DNA of 32,000 nucleotides from an uncultured archaeon. Its GTDB lineage: Archaea; Asgardarchaeota; Thorarchaeia; Thorarchaeales; Thorarchaeaceae. The stretch lies in assembly GCA_964648855.1 (NCBI GenBank), contig CAZYLT010000017.1, forward strand, positions 14,502-46,501. Direction: 5' to 3'. Positions 27,131 to 32,000 of the stretch are shown in pieces. The position numbers were made by a program, and so were the translations under genes. Numbering within the stretch: the stretch's first letter is position 1; each line of letters opens with the position of its first letter. The notes below the pieces were generated by a model that was not told where the DNA came from, did no database searches, and worked only from the letters and a program-made list of their open reading frames with translations.

Positions 27131-28150
27131 GTGATGAAAGTGGTCACAACAAGAAAACTCAATCAGGTTAGGAATTCATTCTACGTATATCTCCCACGGC
27201 AGTGGTGTGATAGATTCAATCTTACGAAGCACTCTGAAGTTAGGATTGAACAGACTTCTGATGGGACTCTCCGGGTTATTCCACCTGATTTTGAATCAAA
27301 GGATAGCGGGAATCTGACCTTCACAGTCAATCCGGATGACAGAGAAAGCGTAGTCAACCTACTTATCGGAGCCTACATGGTTGGAGTTGGCTCATTAACG
27401 GTTACTTTTGGTGATGAGTTAGATATGACGACTCGAGAAGAGGTGAGCCGCTGGATTCGACGCTTACCAGGCTTTGAGATTCTTGAAGAGTACAATGAAG
27501 GTTTCGTAATTAGCGATACAAGCGAGAAACAAGTCATCACACCCATCCTCAAGAGACAATTCTCTACAACCAAGTACATGCTGACCAGCCTGTTGACAGC
27601 CATGAAGGAAGGAGCGCCTAAAGATACATCCAGAATACTCGATCGGGATGAAGATGTGGACCGTCATAGGTACTTCGTTGAACGGCTTTGCCACCTATCT
27701 CTGCAAGACCCCTCATATGCAAGAAAGATAGCCATGGCGCCCCCAGACGCCTTGCATTTCAGTCTCGCGGCCAAATACGTGGAAAGAATCGCAGACCACA
27801 TCTGTGGAGCAACAACCGAGGTCATCAATTTGAAAGATGTCGGTGAAACTTTCATAGATTTGAGTGAATCATTGGCTGAGGTCTACGATGATACGATGAG
27901 TGTTTTCTTTGCTGTAGACAGGGGTAGACGAGAGAAGAGAAACCTGATTGAAGAATCACAAGAAGCATTTGATTCTCTGAAGGGGGCCCAAAAACTAGCC
28001 TCAGAGCTATCCAAGCTTGAAACGATTAGAAAGAATTTCTCGAGTCATCAGGTGTTACTTGCTATGCATCTTGAGCGAGTCGCATCTTATTGCGCGGACA
28101 TAGGAGAGGTTGCAATCAATCGAACAATTGAATCTCGACTACAGGACTAA
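27131..28150 (+). CDS. Archaeal phosphate uptake regulator (AbrB/SpoVT DNA-binding domain fused to PhoU)
   Basis: TRKLNQV.NSFYVYLPRQW N-terminus, RDEDVDR, KYVERIADH and HLERVASYCADI. Confidence 0.9.
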   Translation: MMKVVTTRKLNQVRNSFYVYLPRQWCDRFNLTKHSEVRIEQTSDGTLRVIPPDFESKDSGNLTFTVNPDDRESVVNLLIGAYMVGVGSLTVTFGDELDMTTREEVSRWIRRLPGFEILEEYNEGFVISDTSEKQVITPILKRQFSTTKYMLTSLLTAMKEGAPKDTSRILDRDEDVDRHRYFVERLCHLSLQDPSYARKIAMAPPDALHFSLAAKYVERIADHICGATTEVINLKDVGETFIDLSESLAEVYDDTMSVFFAVDRGRREKRNLIEESQEAFDSLKGAQKLASELSKLETIRKNFSSHQVLLAMHLERVASYCADIGEVAINRTIESRLQD

Positions 28151-28213
28151 TCGTACCTTTCTGGAACAGACTTATGTTTGAGAGATAGATACTGCATTGC
28201 AGAGGTATCTTGC

Positions 28214-29041
28214 ATGACACAGTCTGAACGACAAACCCTCAACGACCTGAATGGCAAAGAGTGGGTCAAGTCCACCAAATCATGGTTCATCATCAATCCA
28301 AGGTCTCGCTCAAAGAGGCAATTACAGCACCCCGCTAAGTATCCAGAGGAGTTAGTTCAGCGCTTTGTGAGGTTTTTCACTAATCAGAATGATTGGATTC
28401 TGGACCCATTTGCAGGTGTTGGCAGCACGCTGATTGCATCCAAGGAGCTCCAAAGGCATTCAGTCGGAATTGAGCTAAAGTCTGATTATGTGGAAACAGC
28501 CAGAAGATATCTCGAAAAAATGGGGGACGACGTTCGATCTGAAATCATATTGGGTGATGCTAGGCATACCGCTGACCTTCTGGAGCAATCCTTCAAAACA
28601 GGAATTCCAACATTTGATTATCTAATCACATCGCCTCCATATTGGGATATGCTGAGAAAATCACGTGGTGGAAATGATAGTGTACATAAAGAAAGAGGCG
28701 AGAAGGGTCTCCCTCAATTCTACAGCGATTCATCTTCTGATCTAGGTAACGTAGCGGAATATGGAAAGTATATCGAGAAGCTAACAGGTATACTATACTC
28801 TCTCAGGAGTCTTCTAAAGCCTCAGGCCTACCTCACAATCGTGGTTCAGAATATTAGAGACCCTGATGGTATCATGAGACCTCTGGCGTGGGATTTGGCA
28901 GCGGAACTCTCTGACATCTATGCACTTCGACAGGAAATGATCTGGTGCCAGGATAATAAGAGGCTAGGTTGCTGGGGATATCCAACAACCTATGTGTCCA
29001 ATGTCCATCACCACTACTGTCTCATCTTCCAGAATATGTAG
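28214..29041 (+). CDS. DNA methyltransferase, N4/N6 family (SPPY catalytic motif), solitary
   Basis: HPAKYP, ILDPFAGVGST (SAM-binding), GIEL, GDAR and ITSPPY. Start set at MTQSER. Confidence 0.85.
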   Translation: MTQSERQTLNDLNGKEWVKSTKSWFIINPRSRSKRQLQHPAKYPEELVQRFVRFFTNQNDWILDPFAGVGSTLIASKELQRHSVGIELKSDYVETARRYLEKMGDDVRSEIILGDARHTADLLEQSFKTGIPTFDYLITSPPYWDMLRKSRGGNDSVHKERGEKGLPQFYSDSSSDLGNVAEYGKYIEKLTGILYSLRSLLKPQAYLTIVVQNIRDPDGIMRPLAWDLAAELSDIYALRQEMIWCQDNKRLGCWGYPTTYVSNVHHHYCLIFQNM

Positions 29042-29109
29042 CCGGTCCACTCGCTTGTCCTGTATGCCATGGCATATTCTTCTTAAGCGAGACCAATTTC
29101 TTCACTACT

Positions 29110-29982
29110 ATGCCATTTGAGATTCGAAACATCGAACGCAGCGACGAAGAAGCAGTTCGAAAGGTGTCTGAGAGCAACTGGGATAGAGACTATGTACCAG
29201 ACCGATTCTCGTCCTACCAAGACAATCCCTCATGGCATATGTTTGGTTTGTTTGAAGATGGAGAGTTACTCGGATTTGCAGCGCTTCAAGAGATTGATGG
29301 TGCAGATTTCGGTTGGGCAAAGGCACTTCGCGTGCGGAATAATCGACACCGAGAAGGTATCGGACTGAAATTAACCGAGCATTGTGTGAAGCTTGCAAAG
29401 AAGCAGGGTCTCAAGAGCCTGAGATACGCGACCAGCTCAAGAAATGCTGCCTCAATTGGTGTTGCAAAGAAAGCGGGATTTGATTTGGTCGAGGAAGTGG
29501 GCTACTTCCGATTGGAGAAACCGTATCCCCAACAACCGAACCCTAGCCCGAGTATTACGCCCATTAAAGCGACTCCAGAACGTGTCAGTGAAGCCCTACA
29601 GCAGAATAGTGATTTGGTACCAACTAAGCATATGCCAGTAACTTGGGAATTCGAGAATAAAGATCTTGATGGAATAAAACGCATCTCAGAGGAATCAGCC
29701 TTTAACATTATAACTAATGACAATGGTCTTCCGATTTCGTTGTATTATTTCTCAGAAGCATCCAGAAATGATCAGGTAACCAGAGCTCATACCCTTTATT
29801 GCACTGACAGATCAATCTTCGTAGATGTTATGGCACGATTAGTGGATGATTTGAAGTCATCTGAAGTGGACCGTGCTGCATTCTTTTTGGGACCGAGAGG
29901 TAGGGAGTGGTCTGAATCATTGATTGCAGTTCCAGAAAAATATCAGAATCGACGGTTTCTATTATACGAGAGGAAACTCTAA
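29110..29982 (+). CDS. GNAT-family N-acetyltransferase (two-domain)
   Basis: LRV...HREGIG acetyl-CoA motif A and N.ASI.VAKKAGF motif B. Start set at MPFEIR. Confidence 0.85.
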   Translation: MPFEIRNIERSDEEAVRKVSESNWDRDYVPDRFSSYQDNPSWHMFGLFEDGELLGFAALQEIDGADFGWAKALRVRNNRHREGIGLKLTEHCVKLAKKQGLKSLRYATSSRNAASIGVAKKAGFDLVEEVGYFRLEKPYPQQPNPSPSITPIKATPERVSEALQQNSDLVPTKHMPVTWEFENKDLDGIKRISEESAFNIITNDNGLPISLYYFSEASRNDQVTRAHTLYCTDRSIFVDVMARLVDDLKSSEVDRAAFFLGPRGREWSESLIAVPEKYQNRRFLLYERKL

Positions 29983-29985
29983 GGA

Positions 29986-30483
29986 TTACTCAATAGGTTC
30001 GTCTTCATATTCATACAATACACTCCAATTAGGAGCATATGCTATAGGCTCTAGGTCTCTCTCTTCAAGTTCAAGTCCCTCAGCCTCTGCAATCGCGTTT
30101 CTGAGTGTAAATGACTTTGCACCATCCCAGCGAAGGTAGGCATTCAAATCGAAAGAGAAATTCCCTTGAAACTTTCCACATTTACCGCCACAGAAGACCT
30201 GGTCGCCTCGAATCACCAATGTTCCTCCACAGTATCTGCAGATTGCCTCACGGCCATGGGCATGTAGTCGACCCTTAATGACCTGTACGAAAAGAACAGT
30301 CCCGTCGAATTCAACAACGCCCCACTTCTCACCGTCTTTGATGGTGGGTCGCCAGATGTGCCCCTTATTCCCCTTCTTTTCTCTACGTCCAGACCGCTTT
30401 TGTCTACTAGAGCGGGTTTCGGACTGCTTAGAATCACTATCAAAATCCGTGAGTCGCGCTTGGATAGTGTTTCGTTGTCTCAT
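29986..30483 (-). CDS. Hypothetical protein with basic N-terminus and zinc-ribbon (CRYC..CGGKC)
   Basis: Start set at MRQRNT. Four-Cys cluster and an acidic C-terminus. Confidence 0.65.
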   Translation of the reverse strand: MRQRNTIQARLTDFDSDSKQSETRSSRQKRSGRREKKGNKGHIWRPTIKDGEKWGVVEFDGTVLFVQVIKGRLHAHGREAICRYCGGTLVIRGDQVFCGGKCGKFQGNFSFDLNAYLRWDGAKSFTLRNAIAEAEGLELEERDLEPIAYAPNWSVLYEYEDEPIE

Positions 30484-30572
30484 GATAATGAGTACTCTTG
30501 AGAATAAATAAACACCCAGAAACGCAATGTAAGGGCTAACGACCAAAGCACGTGGCATTTTGAGAGGGTTAA

Positions 30573-30728
30573 CTTTCTAACTCTGTTAACCCGCGCCAGA
30601 AGAGAAAACAAATCCCACCACCGGACGAATCATCTCCGCTCATAATGATGGTTATCGTCACGAGAGCAGACATCGGACTAGTAGCAATCGTCGCGATTTT
30701 CGTCATCAGAAAACGAAAAGCAATATGA
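30573..30728 (+). pseudogene. Possible remnant of a surface-protein C-terminal anchor, or a small membrane peptide
   Basis: The open frame reads ..QIPPPDESSPLIMMVIVTRADIGLVAIVAIFVIRKRKAI*: Pro linker, interrupted TM, basic tail. Confidence 0.35.
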
Positions 30729-30852
30729 TCGGAACAGTGACAGAACAATAGCCGCACTACCAGGTTCACTCACCTTGACGAGGCTTGGCTGGCACCACAT
30801 CATCTTGAATGACAAGTCTGTATCTTATTTGTAAGCATAGGAACCCAAGAAA

Positions 30853-30873
30853 TGCAAATTCGTCGAATTTGCA
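30853..30873. repeat. Perfect 21-bp inverted repeat in the intergenic region
   Basis: TGCAAATTCG-T-CGAATTTGCA, about 55 nt past the stop of the upstream minus-strand gene. Confidence 0.6.
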
Positions 30874-30928
30874 CTCAAATGCTCTGCTCAATTTGCTTCC
30901 TACATTCATTATGATTGGTTCCATCCAA

Positions 30929-31861
30929 CTATGTCTTCATGACTTTCTTTGAGGAGATTACTGTAGGTGTGGTCACAGTGGTAAGCTCGGTTTCGTTCGC
31001 GCCGAATGCTTTTGCTACCTTTCTAACTGCGCGTCTCATGAATCGCAGCAGGATCTCATTGAAGACTATGACAGGAACGACATATGCCATGGCAACGATA
31101 GGTAACCCAAAGGATTGGAGTGTTGCAGTTAGAATCGATGTCACGCTCAATTGGTTTGCGGCAATTATTGGAATGAAGTTGTTCACGAATGCAATAATGG
31201 GGATGGTGAGCACTGTGAATCCTCCAAGAAGGTTACTCAACCACCGCCCCACACCAATGGTATCTGGGCATCTTCGCACCCTCAATTCCTCATCCTTCAG
31301 ATGCATGACAATCCCTGCGTCATTGAGAAGCCATGTTGGAATGAAGAAGCCCAACACAACGGGAAGCAGTATGAGCGCACTTACAATCTGAACCAGAGAA
31401 TAATAGAAGGGAATAGCAGGGGGAGGCAAATTGGTGACTTCTGTGAATATGTAGTTCCTGAGAAGACTAGAAACAACTCCACCCAGCGATAGAGCAAAGA
31501 GGGCGGGAATTACTGATCTGCGAATCATCCTAATACTCCCAAAATCATCTCCAAGCTCGAGAATACTAATATCATAGGCAGTTGAGCGGATGACCATTGT
31601 TCCAAGCAACAGAATTGTGGCAATTGGCAACCCCAGAATAAGGTACTGTGCGATGGTTATTATTGGAATGTACGTGAGTATCCAGTTGACATCGCTTACT
31701 GCTCTACCAGTCAAGGGACCACCAATAAGATCGTACATTCCGCCGTTAGGCAGTATTGTCACTAGACTTTCAACAATCCGTTGAATGAGAAATCCAGCAA
31801 AAATTACTCCCACAACAGCAAAGACGATAGGTGCTATGAATCTCATATACTTGTGAGCCAT
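30929..31861 (-). CDS. Hypothetical multi-pass membrane protein
   Basis: 310 aa with about 6 hydrophobic helices and a PTWLLNDAGIV..VGRW loop. Confidence 0.78.
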   Translation of the reverse strand: MAHKYMRFIAPIVFAVVGVIFAGFLIQRIVESLVTILPNGGMYDLIGGPLTGRAVSDVNWILTYIPIITIAQYLILGLPIATILLLGTMVIRSTAYDISILELGDDFGSIRMIRRSVIPALFALSLGGVVSSLLRNYIFTEVTNLPPPAIPFYYSLVQIVSALILLPVVLGFFIPTWLLNDAGIVMHLKDEELRVRRCPDTIGVGRWLSNLLGGFTVLTIPIIAFVNNFIPIIAANQLSVTSILTATLQSFGLPIVAMAYVVPVIVFNEILLRFMRRAVRKVAKAFGANETELTTVTTPTVISSKKVMKT

Positions 31862-32000
31862 TTTTCAAACCAGTAGTAGTTGTATCAAACTAGCATTTTT
31901 AGGTTACTCATTACGTTATAGATATTGATTAACCTGTTTCAGTCATAGAAACTTGCTTTTATGCCTTGTTTGGATAGCGACAAGTTTTGTTCGTCGGGAG

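Noticed and set aside
28214-30483. Defence island or restriction-modification system
   Set aside because: No recognisable nuclease, integrase, transposase or flanking repeats. The neighbours look like housekeeping genes.
286-31784. Many antisense or overlapping ORFs in the track (e.g. 286-729, 9738-10463, 25147-25551, 30915-31391)
   Set aside because: They are shadows of well-supported genes on the other strand or frame and have no recognisable motifs.
1-32000. CRISPR arrays, rRNA, stop-codon recoding
   Set aside because: No spaced direct repeats or rRNA-like segments were seen. Genes end normally at TAA, TAG and TGA, with no conserved domains split by stops.

Overview
A gene-dense archaeal window, most likely Asgard (Thorarchaeia-like). 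That assignment is inferred from a profilin-like gene, two tandem Rab-like GTPases, a TrmB regulator, a geranylgeranyl reductase, an AbrB-PhoU regulator and archaeal TATA/SD signals. Contents in order: the end of a nucleoside/simple-sugar ABC transporter operon, profilin, several membrane and surface proteins, agmatinase, a TrmB / GGR / M23-like / LipS2 / split lipoate ligase run, a MASE3 histidine kinase / HExxH membrane protease / wHTH run, a long coiled-coil protein, a cupin, a zinc-ribbon protein, a TIM-barrel protein, two Rab-like GTPases, a complete pstSCAB-phoU locus with a divergent AbrB-PhoU regulator, a solitary N4/N6 DNA methyltransferase, a GNAT and hypothetical proteins. The most striking unexplained signal is that four genes (a membrane protein, lipoate ligase, the histidine kinase and Rab-like GTPase 1) have coding-like or clearly conserved N-termini upstream of their first ATG/GTG/TTG. 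Each has an SD-like motif 6-8 nt before an in-frame CTG or ATC, which suggests frequent near-cognate initiation. Several perfect palindromes sit in promoter regions, including a 21-bp candidate phosphate operator. I found no rRNA, tRNA, CRISPR array or mobile element. All family calls come from motif recognition by eye, not database searches.
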